A DNA stretch of 63,261 bases, filler included, from Candidatus Desantisbacteria bacterium CG1_02_49_89 (GTDB lineage Bacteria > Desantisbacteria > UBA1551): NCBI GenBank assembly GCA_001871075.1. It is 3 parts of 3 records of this genome, joined end to end, with 100 filler letters (N's around TTAATTAATTAA, not from the genome) between each part and the next. Parts side by side here need not be neighbours in the genome. Positions count along the whole stretch, not along the records: positions 20,966 to 42,094 come from MNUP01000020.1; positions 42,195 to 63,261 come from MNUP01000070.1; 1 more part is not named here. The stretch is one strand, 5' to 3'. How positions within the stretch are numbered: the stretch's first letter is position 1; every line of letters starts with the position of its first letter. A model generated the notes under the pieces. The model saw nothing but the letters and a program-made list of their open reading frames with translations, searched no databases and had not been told where the DNA came from. The position numbers and the translations under genes were made by a program. Below are positions 37,513-46,389 of this stretch, piece after piece.

Positions 37513-38061
37513 GTAGCTGCAGGGCTTGCCCTGCTATTTTTTATCCAATTCTTCCCATTTCAATTCTTCTGCCAGGGGATTATTTTCAATATATTCCCGT
37601 ATCTTTTGCAAGGCAGAATCATTTCTTATCACATGTTCGTAATAATTCGGCTGCCAGAATCTTTTTCCTTTAAAACCCACTTTCTTTGCTTTAAGGGTTG
37701 TCAGTGACTTAAAACTACCGATTACTTGCGATAAGGATACCGACGAATTTTCAAGAATAAAAATGATATGCAGGTGGTCGTCCATCAGGTAATAATAATC
37801 AGTTTTTGTCCCATTGTATCTTTGTTCTATTTCCGCGAGCGTTGATTCAATAATCTGCCGATATTCTCCCAAAAATCTGATCTTATTGGCAGAGCATATT
37901 GTTATATAATAATAGCCGTTTGAACGGTAATCATAATTTTCTAAACGAACATGTTTTCTTAATTTCATAATTCTCTTATTGTTGCAGGGCAAGCCCTGCA
38001 GCTACGTTTATTCCAAGCAAGCCCTGCAGCTACGTTTATTCCAAGCAAGCCCTGCAGCTAC
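37513..38061. repeat. REP pair flanking the RAYT plus a 28-bp tandem amplification
   Basis: GTAGCTGCAGGGCTTGCCCTGC (37513-37534) and its exact reverse complement (37984-38005). GCAAGCCCTGCAGCTACGTTTATTCCAA repeated at 37989, 38017 and 38045 (last partial). Confidence 0.9.
37534..37968 (-). CDS. REP-associated tyrosine transposase (RAYT, Y1 HUH)
   Basis: RL..YDY...G.YYITIC, HLH, FKS, FWQPNYYEHVIRN and YIENNP. Confidence 0.9.
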   Translation of the reverse strand: MKLRKHVRLENYDYRSNGYYYITICSANKIRFLGEYRQIIESTLAEIEQRYNGTKTDYYYLMDDHLHIIFILENSSVSLSQVIGSFKSLTTLKAKKVGFKGKRFWQPNYYEHVIRNDSALQKIREYIENNPLAEELKWEELDKK

Positions 38062-38573
38062 AATATTGCTTCCCTGAATGCGTCATAAGATGCTTTATCA
38101 TACAGCACGAAAACGATCTCCTTCAGCGATGAATCCGCGAACTCTTTAAGGTGCGCCTTTATTTCCTCAAGCATTATTTCCGCGGCCCTGCGCTCAGGAA
38201 ACCCGCCCACGCCGCACCCCAGAGCCGGAAATGCGATCGATCCTATTTTCTTCTCTTCTGCCCTTTTCAGTGAATTGCGGACGGATGAACGTATCTTTTC
38301 TTCGTCTGTGTCAAAATCCATTCCCATTGTTGCGGCGTGTATGACATATTTAGCTTTCAGTTTCCCGGCACCCGTGACAGCCGCTTCGCCGATAGGTATG
38401 GGCCCTGCCTTGCTGCATTCTTCCTGTATCTCCTGCCCGCCTTTGCGCCTGATGGCGCCCGCAACCCCTCCGCCCATTATCAGGCGGTTGTTCGCGGCGT
38501 TCACTATCGCTTCCGTTTCCTGTTCTGTTATATCTCCCTGCAGTACCTCAATTTCGGTCTTACCGATTCTCAT
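38058..38573 (-). CDS. Macrodomain protein (ADP-ribose binding/hydrolase, YmdB-like)
   Basis: GDIT, AIVNAAN, GGGVAGAI, VIHA and AFPALGCGVGGF. Confidence 0.93.
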   Translation of the reverse strand: MRIGKTEIEVLQGDITEQETEAIVNAANNRLIMGGGVAGAIRRKGGQEIQEECSKAGPIPIGEAAVTGAGKLKAKYVIHAATMGMDFDTDEEKIRSSVRNSLKRAEEKKIGSIAFPALGCGVGGFPERRAAEIMLEEIKAHLKEFADSSLKEIVFVLYDKASYDAFREAIL

Positions 38574-38697
38574 AAATGCTCTCCTGATAATTTCAGGGTC
38601 AGAGTATTGTAGCACCATTGGTTAAAGGGGTTAAAGGTTAAAAAGGTTAAAAGGTAAATAATCCGTGGAAATCCGTGGCTGAATATTTTTGTATTAA

Positions 38698-38732
38698 TAA
38701 AAAAGCTGGGCTAAAATTCACCCAGCCCTTTC
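38698..38732 (-). terminator. Intrinsic terminator after the LPP20-FecR-FlgT-like operon
   Basis: GCTGGG..CCCAGC stem followed by a T run on the minus strand. Confidence 0.55.
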
Positions 38733-38824
38733 ATTATAGCATATTCTGCCAATCGTCTAATTGTCCAATCGTCTCCGATGGAGTCCGAAGACTCATGCGG
38801 AGTCCTTCGGACCAGTCGTCTAAG

Positions 38825-39979
38825 CTATTTAGCTTTAGCCTGTATTGTGCTTCCCGTGACCGCGCTGACCTCTATCGGGAACCTTTTAATGCTGGAAAGA
38901 TACAGGGACAGCTGCTGCGCGTTGCCGTATTTCAGGTTTATGTCAATGGAGGCGACGCCCGTGGTAGTCTCGTAAGAGCGGATATAGGTGCCGCTTACCC
39001 CCTGGTATGATTTTATGTATTCGTTAAGCACCGCGAGCCTGTTCCAGTCAGGGATGTTCGAAATGGTCAGCTGCGCCATCGCCTTCTCGCTGAGGATCTT
39101 TGTCACCGAAAGCACCATATCCTCTGACATCGACTTCGCGATCTTTGTAATAGCGGTTTTTGCCGCGTTCTCCTTTGTAAGATCAACTCCGGCACCCAGT
39201 TTGTTGGGAACAGCCCACAGGACCTCAGACGTGTCGATCTTTATGACCTTTGCCGTTACGGACGCCCTGTATGATATAAAACCGCCCAGCCCTTTGTCTG
39301 TGTTGAAATTCGACGCGGCCCTGCCCAGCACGAGTATGTCAACCTTCATATCTTTTCCGATCTGGACGGCTGCTTCTATATCCCCGCCCATCGCTGCCTT
39401 CGCACCCGGAAGCGCGCGTATTTTCTTGACCTCTGCCTGCTCAACGATCCTGTACCCGGTATCCATGAATTTCTGGGCTATCTCGACCTCGGCTACTGAC
39501 ATAGACTCCTCGGTCCCGTCAACCGTTTCATAAAAAAGGACCATGACCCTGGGGTTCCCTATGGTGGCGCCTTTTATCATCAGGCCGACAGCGTCAAGAT
39601 CCCGGTTCACGTCCCCGGTCTTGACCAGCGCCTTTACTTTCATTTTCAGGGCGTCGCCCTCGCGTTTCTCAGAGAGCACTTCGTATTTTTTCACGTAGCC
39701 GTTCGTTTTGGAAAATATCTGATTGTCAACAAGCTCGGCTTTCCCGACGAGTGTCGCGGCGTTCACGAAAACACCCACAACCAGCTCCACTGCGCGCCTC
39801 TGCGCGAGATTAAGCGCCCTTTCCCTTGCCGAAGCCACGTCGTCGTTAAGAACAGGCACCTCAACCTCAACCTCCACGTTTTCCGCCTTGTCGGCGGCAG
39901 ACTGCGCCCGCAATACTTGTATATTCCCGAAAACCAAAAGGCAGGCCAGAATTAAAATTATAGTTTTTCTTTGTGCCAT
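38825..39979 (-). CDS. Exported protein with FlgT N-terminal-like and CsgG/TolB-N-like domains
   Basis: Signal peptide, ARERAL..A.R.AVE..VG..V..I...T.GYV..Y.VL.E and NPRVMV. Confidence 0.65.
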   Translation of the reverse strand: MAQRKTIILILACLLVFGNIQVLRAQSAADKAENVEVEVEVPVLNDDVASARERALNLAQRRAVELVVGVFVNAATLVGKAELVDNQIFSKTNGYVKKYEVLSEKREGDALKMKVKALVKTGDVNRDLDAVGLMIKGATIGNPRVMVLFYETVDGTEESMSVAEVEIAQKFMDTGYRIVEQAEVKKIRALPGAKAAMGGDIEAAVQIGKDMKVDILVLGRAASNFNTDKGLGGFISYRASVTAKVIKIDTSEVLWAVPNKLGAGVDLTKENAAKTAITKIAKSMSEDMVLSVTKILSEKAMAQLTISNIPDWNRLAVLNEYIKSYQGVSGTYIRSYETTTGVASIDINLKYGNAQQLSLYLSSIKRFPIEVSAVTGSTIQAKAK

Positions 39980-40049
39980 ATTTGCCTCATTGTAAAAAAG
40001 CCTGAATTCTTATTTAAAACAATGATTTTATCGCAGATAGTGCCTGTCC

Positions 40050-40928
40050 CTATTTAATTGTCTTTATGTCTTCTTTTTGCCTGTCTTTCAGACCTTCTAT
40101 TTTTTCCTGGTTCCTTTCCTGCATATCGCTTACTTTCTTTTTCATCCCTTCGATCTTGGCTTCCCTGCGTTTGCGGATATCGTCAAGCTTTTCGCGGTTG
40201 CGCTCCACCCTTTCGTGGAACTTCGCGACAACGCTCTCGCGGTATTTGCGCATCTTTTCGGTCAGCTCCTGCGGCGTGTGCGGCGCACTGCCTTTTTCAA
40301 CAAAGGTCTGCTGGTCCTGGGTAACCTTAACTGATTGCGGAGCAACCCCTGCCTCGTCGGCGGGCAAGTCTGCGCCTGCGTCTTTTTCGAAGGAGGCAGG
40401 AGAGGAAACTTCCACCTCGCCCTCGAAAACTGCGACCTCTGTCTTGTTCTCCACCGCCTCGACAGAAAACTCGGTGCCCCTGATGCCCGCTATCGCGGCG
40501 CTGGTCGCAACGCTGACCCGTGATTCCTTGTTTATAAGCTTCTTGAAGTTGTTCAGTATTTTACCGGCTCCGAGGTTCAGGAGTATGTTCTTCCTGCCAT
40601 CTTCCCCTTTTCCCTCTTCCGTCTTAGAATCAATGATCTCTATCTGCGTTTTTTCCTCGATACGCAGCATGCTGCCGTCGTCTAGGATCAGTTCTGCCTC
40701 AGCTTTTGACCCGGTCTTCACCTTGTCCCCGGGATAAACAGGCATATCCTTTTCAGCCCTGCCCCAGTTCTCCTCGCCGCCGCGCAAAAGCTCGACCTTG
40801 CCCTTTACGGCAGTGAACGAACCTACAAGTATCTGCTCCCTGCACAGGCCTTCTGCCCCAAAAGCGCAAATCAGAGCCACAGAAAAAATAAAAACTACGG
40901 CTCTCCTCAAAAAACCTCCTTGAGACAT
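40050..40928 (-). CDS. FecR-domain exported protein with C-terminal coiled coil
   Basis: GDKVKTG..S.AEL..DDGS.LRI.E.T, T..AIAGIRGTEF.V and V.VFEGEVEV. Confidence 0.85.
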   Translation of the reverse strand: MSQGGFLRRAVVFIFSVALICAFGAEGLCREQILVGSFTAVKGKVELLRGGEENWGRAEKDMPVYPGDKVKTGSKAEAELILDDGSMLRIEEKTQIEIIDSKTEEGKGEDGRKNILLNLGAGKILNNFKKLINKESRVSVATSAAIAGIRGTEFSVEAVENKTEVAVFEGEVEVSSPASFEKDAGADLPADEAGVAPQSVKVTQDQQTFVEKGSAPHTPQELTEKMRKYRESVVAKFHERVERNREKLDDIRKRREAKIEGMKKKVSDMQERNQEKIEGLKDRQKEDIKTIK

Positions 40929-41039
40929 AAATATTAGCCACTGAGCGCACTGAATTCACTGAATAACATAGTGGCAAGTATCAGTGTGCTAGGTTTTTAA
41001 CTTTCAACTTTTAACCTTCAACTTTCAACTTGTATTAGC

Positions 41040-41507
41040 CTACTGCGCGAGCTTGAACCCGACCCTCTTCGCAAGCCCGTTCAGGTCAATGCGCATCACC
41101 ACTATGCAGCCGTCTATTTCGGCTTCCTTGTTCCTTGTCCACTCGGTGCTCACTATCTCAGCGCCCTTGATCTCGGCGTTTACTGTTGCAGCTATAACCG
41201 AATCGGTGAGCATTGCCTTCTCGATCGTGTTTCCGCCTTCCAGTTTCACGCCCTTTAACATTGTTGTGAGCTTATACTGGGCATCCACTATGGCCGCCTG
41301 CTCTGATGTCGCTTTGCGCTGCATCTCGTTCTCCATGTTCAGGTCTGCGGCAGCCATTCCCCTGACCTCAATTATCTTCTTGTCTATCTGCTCGTTCATC
41401 ATCACGTCTTTCGCCTTACCGCCCTTGGTATGCTCTGTCGAGGTTGCGCATCCCATAAGGAAAACCGCCATTACCGCCACCAGCGCCAAACCCATAATCT
41501 TTCTCAT
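41040..41507 (-). CDS. LPP20-like lipoprotein
   Basis: Lipobox LMGC, A..AA.VDA...L...KGV and IKGA.IV. GGAGG SD. Confidence 0.75.
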   Translation of the reverse strand: MRKIMGLALVAVMAVFLMGCATSTEHTKGGKAKDVMMNEQIDKKIIEVRGMAAADLNMENEMQRKATSEQAAIVDAQYKLTTMLKGVKLEGGNTIEKAMLTDSVIAATVNAEIKGAEIVSTEWTRNKEAEIDGCIVVMRIDLNGLAKRVGFKLAQ

Positions 41508-41682
41508 TATAGTACCTCCTTTACCAATCTATTTTCTATTGCTCTATTTTCAGCTATTGCTCTATTTTCCTCTATTGCTCTTTTGTTATATTATCTCTCC
41601 AATATATTAATCTATATAATCAGAATAATCAAATCTTTTAATCGGTGTAATCAAGAATGCCGTTTTTAGGCATCCACCGTTT

Positions 41683-41710
41683 ATTATAGTCTGTTTTATA
41701 AGAAAGTCAA
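41683..41710 (-). promoter_or_regulatory. Promoter of the lipoprotein operon
   Basis: TTGACT (41710-41705)-16-TATAAT (41688-41683) on the minus strand. Confidence 0.6.
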
Positions 41711-41726
41711 GGAAAAAACCCACTTG

Positions 41727-42062
41727 TGTTCCGCAACATTCAAAATGTCACATTTGGGAACCTTAAAATGTCACATCGCTCATAGTTGGTACTCTCCAAT
41801 TTTCTGCTCATCTTTTAACACAATAATCTTTCTGTTGGGGATAAGACCCACGGTTACTTCCTGTTCTGGAAATCGTCCTACTTTCCAGGTTCTGCCTTCG
41901 AGAGTACCCACCCCCCTCACCCTACCCCTCTCCCTCGAGGGGAGAGGATAAAGGAGAGGGTGATTATTACCTGATTTTTAAACCAGCCAGCCTAAATAAT
42001 TTTCCCCCGGCTATGTGACACTTTGATTGTTCACAATGTGACCTTTTGATTATTTCCGCACA
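41727..42062. mobile_element. Internally deleted IS remnant (TGT...ACA ends; IS1202/IS481-like), with a second copy starting at 42079
   Basis: The ends match at 20/26 and each has two AAA(A/G)(T/G)GTCACA sub-repeats. Imperfect 16-bp flanking direct repeat. Minus-strand 3' ORF remnant GRTWKVG...GEYQL-stop. Confidence 0.7.
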
Positions 42063-42094
42063 GGAAAAAACCACACTCTGTTCCGCAACATTCA

Positions 42095-42194
42095 NNNNNN
42101 NNNNNNNNNNNNNNNNNNNNNNNNNNNNNNNNNNNNNNTTAATTAATTAANNNNNNNNNNNNNNNNNNNNNNNNNNNNNNNNNNNNNNNNNNNN
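42095..42194. other. Artificial contig-join spacer
   Basis: 44 N + TTAATTAATTAA + 44 N. Confidence 0.98.
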
Positions 42195-42203
42195 AGGAGT
42201 TAT

Positions 42204-43523
42204 ATGAAAAATATTAAGGTGGTTGTAATGGGGGCGGGAAGCCTTGTTTTCGGCAGGGGTATGATAACCGACCTGCTTAGTGACGAAAACCTGAGAAAGG
42301 TTGACCCGGCTATAACGCTTGTGGACACTGACGAAAAAGCCCTTGACAGGATGCTTGGGCTTTCGAAACTGCTGAAAGAACGCCTGAAGTCAAATGCGGC
42401 TATCAGCGCAACGCCTGACAGGAAAAAAGCCCTGGAAGGCGCTGACTACATAATTTCCGCTGTCACCAAAAGACGGATGGACCTGTGGGAAAAGGACTTC
42501 TTCGTGCCCAACTCCTTCGGGTTCAGGCAGGCGTTCGGGGAGTGCGGCGGGCCCGGAGCCGCTTTCCACACTTTGCGCAACCTGAATATCCTGATGCCTA
42601 TATGCAAGGACGCGGAACAGATCTGCCCGGACGCGTGGTTCATGAGCTTCTCAAACCCGGAGAACCGCATTGTCATGGGAATAAAATACCTTACGAAATT
42701 AAAAGTAATGGGGATGTGCCACGGGGTTTTCGGCACGCGCAACGCGGTCGCGAGGATACTGGGCAGAAAGGACGAGGAAGTCGACATAACCGTGGCAGGC
42801 ATAAACCATTTCCACTGGGTGCTGAAGGCTAAGGACGTAAAAACCGGGAAAGATCTGCTCCCGGAGATGAACGAAAAGCTGTCCGCGTCAGACTGCGGGC
42901 TTGCGCCGCTTGTGAAAAGAATGTACGACGTGTTCGGCCTGCTTCCCTTCCCCTCCCCGGACCACATAGCCGAATACGTGGCGTTCGGGTATGACCTCAC
43001 AGGCCCTGACTGGTTCACCCACCAGGACAAGGTGCACGCGTCAAGGGAGGAAAAGCACAACTACGGCGTATTCGCGCAGACGTACGAGGACCTCAACCTG
43101 ATGGCGGATGGGAAAAAGCCGGTGCCGGACGAGATGCTGCGCCACTCAGGGGAAATAGCGACCTCGGTGATAGCGAGTATTGAGCTTGACAGAAAAAAGA
43201 GGGAACTGGCAATGACAATTCCCAACGAGGGACCCGCGATATCCAACCTGCCTGAGGACGCGATAGTCGAAGTGCCTGCTGTTGTGGACGCGAAAGGTAT
43301 ACACGCGGAGAAAGTCGGCCCTTTGCCTGAGCCCATCGCGGCGATGATAAGGACGCAGATAACCATACAGAAACTCGTGATCGAGGCGTTCAGGCAGAAG
43401 TCAAAAAAGATACTGCTCCAGGCGCTTGCGCTTGACCCGGTTGTTGACAGCCTGGATAATGCAAAGGAAATGATGGACCAGATGATAAGGATAGAAGAAG
43501 ACTTTTTGCCGGAACTGAAATAA
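42204..43523 (+). CDS. GH4 NAD-dependent glycosidase (alpha-galactosidase-like)
   Basis: KVVVMGAGS, GPGA.F..LR, SNP, GMCHG, AGINHF.W and EVP. Confidence 0.9.
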   Translation: MKNIKVVVMGAGSLVFGRGMITDLLSDENLRKVDPAITLVDTDEKALDRMLGLSKLLKERLKSNAAISATPDRKKALEGADYIISAVTKRRMDLWEKDFFVPNSFGFRQAFGECGGPGAAFHTLRNLNILMPICKDAEQICPDAWFMSFSNPENRIVMGIKYLTKLKVMGMCHGVFGTRNAVARILGRKDEEVDITVAGINHFHWVLKAKDVKTGKDLLPEMNEKLSASDCGLAPLVKRMYDVFGLLPFPSPDHIAEYVAFGYDLTGPDWFTHQDKVHASREEKHNYGVFAQTYEDLNLMADGKKPVPDEMLRHSGEIATSVIASIELDRKKRELAMTIPNEGPAISNLPEDAIVEVPAVVDAKGIHAEKVGPLPEPIAAMIRTQITIQKLVIEAFRQKSKKILLQALALDPVVDSLDNAKEMMDQMIRIEEDFLPELK

Positions 43524-43721
43524 AGGAGAAAACTGCAGATTCTCGAGTCAATACATATAAAGATAGCCCAAAACTTGCACAGCTTGTGCAAGAAATATCC
43601 TGGGGACAGAACATAGTAATTATGCAGAGAATCAAAAATAGAGAAAAGGATTAAGAGAATAGCAAATAATAAAAGATATGCAAGATACCGGATATTGCTG
43701 CGACCATAAAAAGGAAAGGAG

Positions 43722-43820
43722 ATGAAAGACAATATGGGATTTGTATGGTGGCGAATACTGCCGATAATCTACGCCCTGACCTGGCTTGAAAGCTGGAAAT
43801 CTTTAAGGAGGAAGGTTTGA
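43722..43820 (+). CDS. Possible 32-aa Trp-rich membrane peptide
   Basis: AAGGAAAGGAG directly before ATG, with a second in-frame ATG at 43734. MKDNMGFVWWRILPIIYALTWLESWKSLRRKV. Confidence 0.35.
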   Translation: MKDNMGFVWWRILPIIYALTWLESWKSLRRKV

Positions 43821-43934
43821 TATCAGGGCTTAAGCCCTGAGTTACGGAATCTTAAGGCTGATTTCATCGCTGAAATCGTTCTTTAAATAATCACTGTAAT
43901 CATCAGTTAAAATCACCGTAATCAGGGAGTAAAT

Positions 43935-44738
43935 ATGAAAGTGAAAGAATTTGAGGAATACCTTGTAAAAAGGCGGAAGGAGTTCGCGAAGAAGTTCGGG
44001 CAGGAAATAAACGAGCTGGGGCAGGAAGAAGGGCTTAAAATAGGAAGCCCTGACGCGGAAGTCACCGGGATCCTGGTAACCTGGATGATGACAAAGGAAG
44101 CGATAGCCGAAGCCGCGAAACAAAAATGCAGCCTGATACTGTGCCACGAGACCCCGTGGTTCGGGGACAACTGGAATACTAAAAACCCTTCGATACCTTT
44201 GTGGCGGGTGAACAACGAGCGCAAAGACCTTGCTCTTGAGAACAGCCTGAACGTTATCCAGTGCCATTCAACCCTTGACGAGATACTTATAACAGACACG
44301 TTCGGCGAGTTCCTGGGCCTGCCAAAACCTTCCATCCAGGCGTGGCGGCTTATAAACATATACGATATACCGGCTCTGCCGCTTAAAAAACTCGCGGACC
44401 AGGTAAAGAAGAAAACCGGGCTGAAAACCATCAGGGTGACAGGCAACATGAACAGGAAGGTGAGCAAGGTCGGGCTTATTTACGGCGGGATAGGATTGAG
44501 CATAAACCTTGGTTTCTGGGAAGGACAGCTGAAGTGGAACCCGGAGGTCCTGATAGCAGGGGAAATGGACGAATACGCTATGCGGTACGCTATAGACAAC
44601 TATATCTGCGCGATAGAAACAACACATCCTGTAAGCGAGGAGCCGGGGCTTGAAAAGTTCTGCGAAGAGCTGAAGCAAGACCTGCCGGGAATGAAGGTGG
44701 CGTTCCACAGGGTGGGAATGTCCTGGAATTACGTGTAA
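43935..44738 (+). CDS. Nif3-like dinuclear metal-centre protein
   Basis: EGLKIG..EVTGI, ILCHE, CHS, AGE and H.VSEEPG. Confidence 0.8.
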   Translation: MKVKEFEEYLVKRRKEFAKKFGQEINELGQEEGLKIGSPDAEVTGILVTWMMTKEAIAEAAKQKCSLILCHETPWFGDNWNTKNPSIPLWRVNNERKDLALENSLNVIQCHSTLDEILITDTFGEFLGLPKPSIQAWRLINIYDIPALPLKKLADQVKKKTGLKTIRVTGNMNRKVSKVGLIYGGIGLSINLGFWEGQLKWNPEVLIAGEMDEYAMRYAIDNYICAIETTHPVSEEPGLEKFCEELKQDLPGMKVAFHRVGMSWNYV

Positions 44739-45091
44739 GGTGCCCGCCCGCCTCTACGGCGGGCGAGGTCTCGCCCCGAGGTTGATCGGGGCGGATAACG
44801 TGTCACGTGTAAGGTGTAAGGGGAAGATATTACAAAAGAAATCCCCCTCAATCCCCCTTTATTAAAGGGGGAAACAGGGGGATTATTTTATTCGCATGCA
44901 GAATATTAAAAAATGTTATGTTTGCTGACAACTCACCCACCCCGACTTTCTGTCGGGGCGAGGTCTCGCCCGCGCTGAAGACGGGCGGACAACTGACAAC
45001 TGACTATAGCAACCACGAATTAACACGAATTTGCACGGATTATTTACATTCAGCATCTAGCATTCGGCATTCAGCAGATTTTACACATGAC

Positions 45092-45910
45092 TCATGACAC
45101 ATGACTGCCTTTAACTGCGTAGACCTTGATGCTGAGGACGTTGCGGGCGGCGGCTGAAATATCTTTCCCGGAGATCTTTATAACCTTCATTATTGCCTGG
45201 GCAGTGGGATCATTCGCAAGGCAGTCGATCGGAAAAACAGATTCGTCTTTTATCTCTATCCTGCCAAACCCCGCTTTCTTTATCATCCCCAGGTATTCCT
45301 CTTTCTTCACAGCTCCGGATATGCAGCCCACGTAAGCTGCAACCGAACCCATTATGGCTTTGGGCAGGTTTTTAAGCAGGACTATGTCCGAGACCATCAT
45401 CCTTCCACCCGGCTTAAGCACCCTGAACGCCTCTTTAAAAACCTTTCCCTTGTCAGGCGCGAGATTTATCACGCAGTTGGAAATTATGGCGTCGACGGAG
45501 TCGTCCTCAACAGGCAGGTTCTCGATCTCCCCGAGCCTGAACTCGACGTTCTTGTAACCGCCTTTCTGCGCGTTCTTCCTGGCTTTTGCCACCATTTCCG
45601 GGGTCATGTCGATCCCGATCACCCTGCCTTTGGTCCCGACCTTTTTCGCGGAAAGAAAACAGTCAAAACCCGCGCCTGCCCCAAGGTCCAGGACGGTTTC
45701 CCCTTGTTTCAGGGACGCAAGCGCGACCGGGTTGCCGCAACCAAGCCCGAGGTTGGCGCCTTCAGGCACAGAGCCCATTTCCTTGTCAGAATACCCTACG
45801 GTCTTGCTTATCTTTTCCGCGGTCCCGCCTCCGCAGCAGCCGCAGCTGCTTTTCTGCTTCGCTATCCTGCCGTAACCCTTTTTTACTATCTTTTTCACGT
45901 CTTGCTTCAT
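45092..45910 (-). CDS. arsM: Arsenite S-adenosylmethionine methyltransferase
   Basis: [33 protein letters not shown] and GCISGA. Confidence 0.93.
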   Translation of the reverse strand: MKQDVKKIVKKGYGRIAKQKSSCGCCGGGTAEKISKTVGYSDKEMGSVPEGANLGLGCGNPVALASLKQGETVLDLGAGAGFDCFLSAKKVGTKGRVIGIDMTPEMVAKARKNAQKGGYKNVEFRLGEIENLPVEDDSVDAIISNCVINLAPDKGKVFKEAFRVLKPGGRMMVSDIVLLKNLPKAIMGSVAAYVGCISGAVKKEEYLGMIKKAGFGRIEIKDESVFPIDCLANDPTAQAIMKVIKISGKDISAAARNVLSIKVYAVKGSHVS

Positions 45911-46389
45911 TTTTTAAACCTCCTCTACCAAAAAAAGGCGCTTAATAGCTCAAGAAAAAGATTTCCCCCTTGCAGTCCCGATATAGAATCGGGACTAAAC
46001 GCAGGGACCTTCGCCCGCCAATAATCGTGGCGGGCTACGGCACGAAAGCACTCCGCCCGTCTTTCAGCGGGCGAGACTTCGCCCACCTAAAAGGATGGGC
46101 GAGGAAAGCATGAAAGAGACTTTTCACAGGGAACCCTCCACCAAGATTGGCGGACAGGTAAATTGAGCCCCTATCCGCCCCGACATAAAGTCGGAGCGAG
46201 ACCTCGCTCCGATGTCAATCGGAGCGGGCAAAATCCCCCTCAATCCTACTACGCCAAGGCTTCGAAGGATAAATCCCCCTTTGATAAAGGGGGAAGAAGG
46301 GGGATTTATTTCACGCGGACGCGGAACCGTTCTGGATAATTGGACGACTGGATAATTAGACGATTGGTTTTAACCAATTATCAAATTAT

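Noticed and set aside
37989-38061. 28-bp direct repeats as a mini-CRISPR
   Set aside because: Perfect tandem with no unique spacers, derived from the RAYT REP end.
45092-45910. arsM as part of the ars cluster at 21-34 kb
   Set aside because: It lies on a different contig, so physical linkage cannot be inferred.
45960-46330. Highly structured intergenic region as tRNA, riboswitch or other known ncRNA
   Set aside because: No cloverleaf or recognisable riboswitch core. It decomposes into repeat families seen elsewhere in the window.
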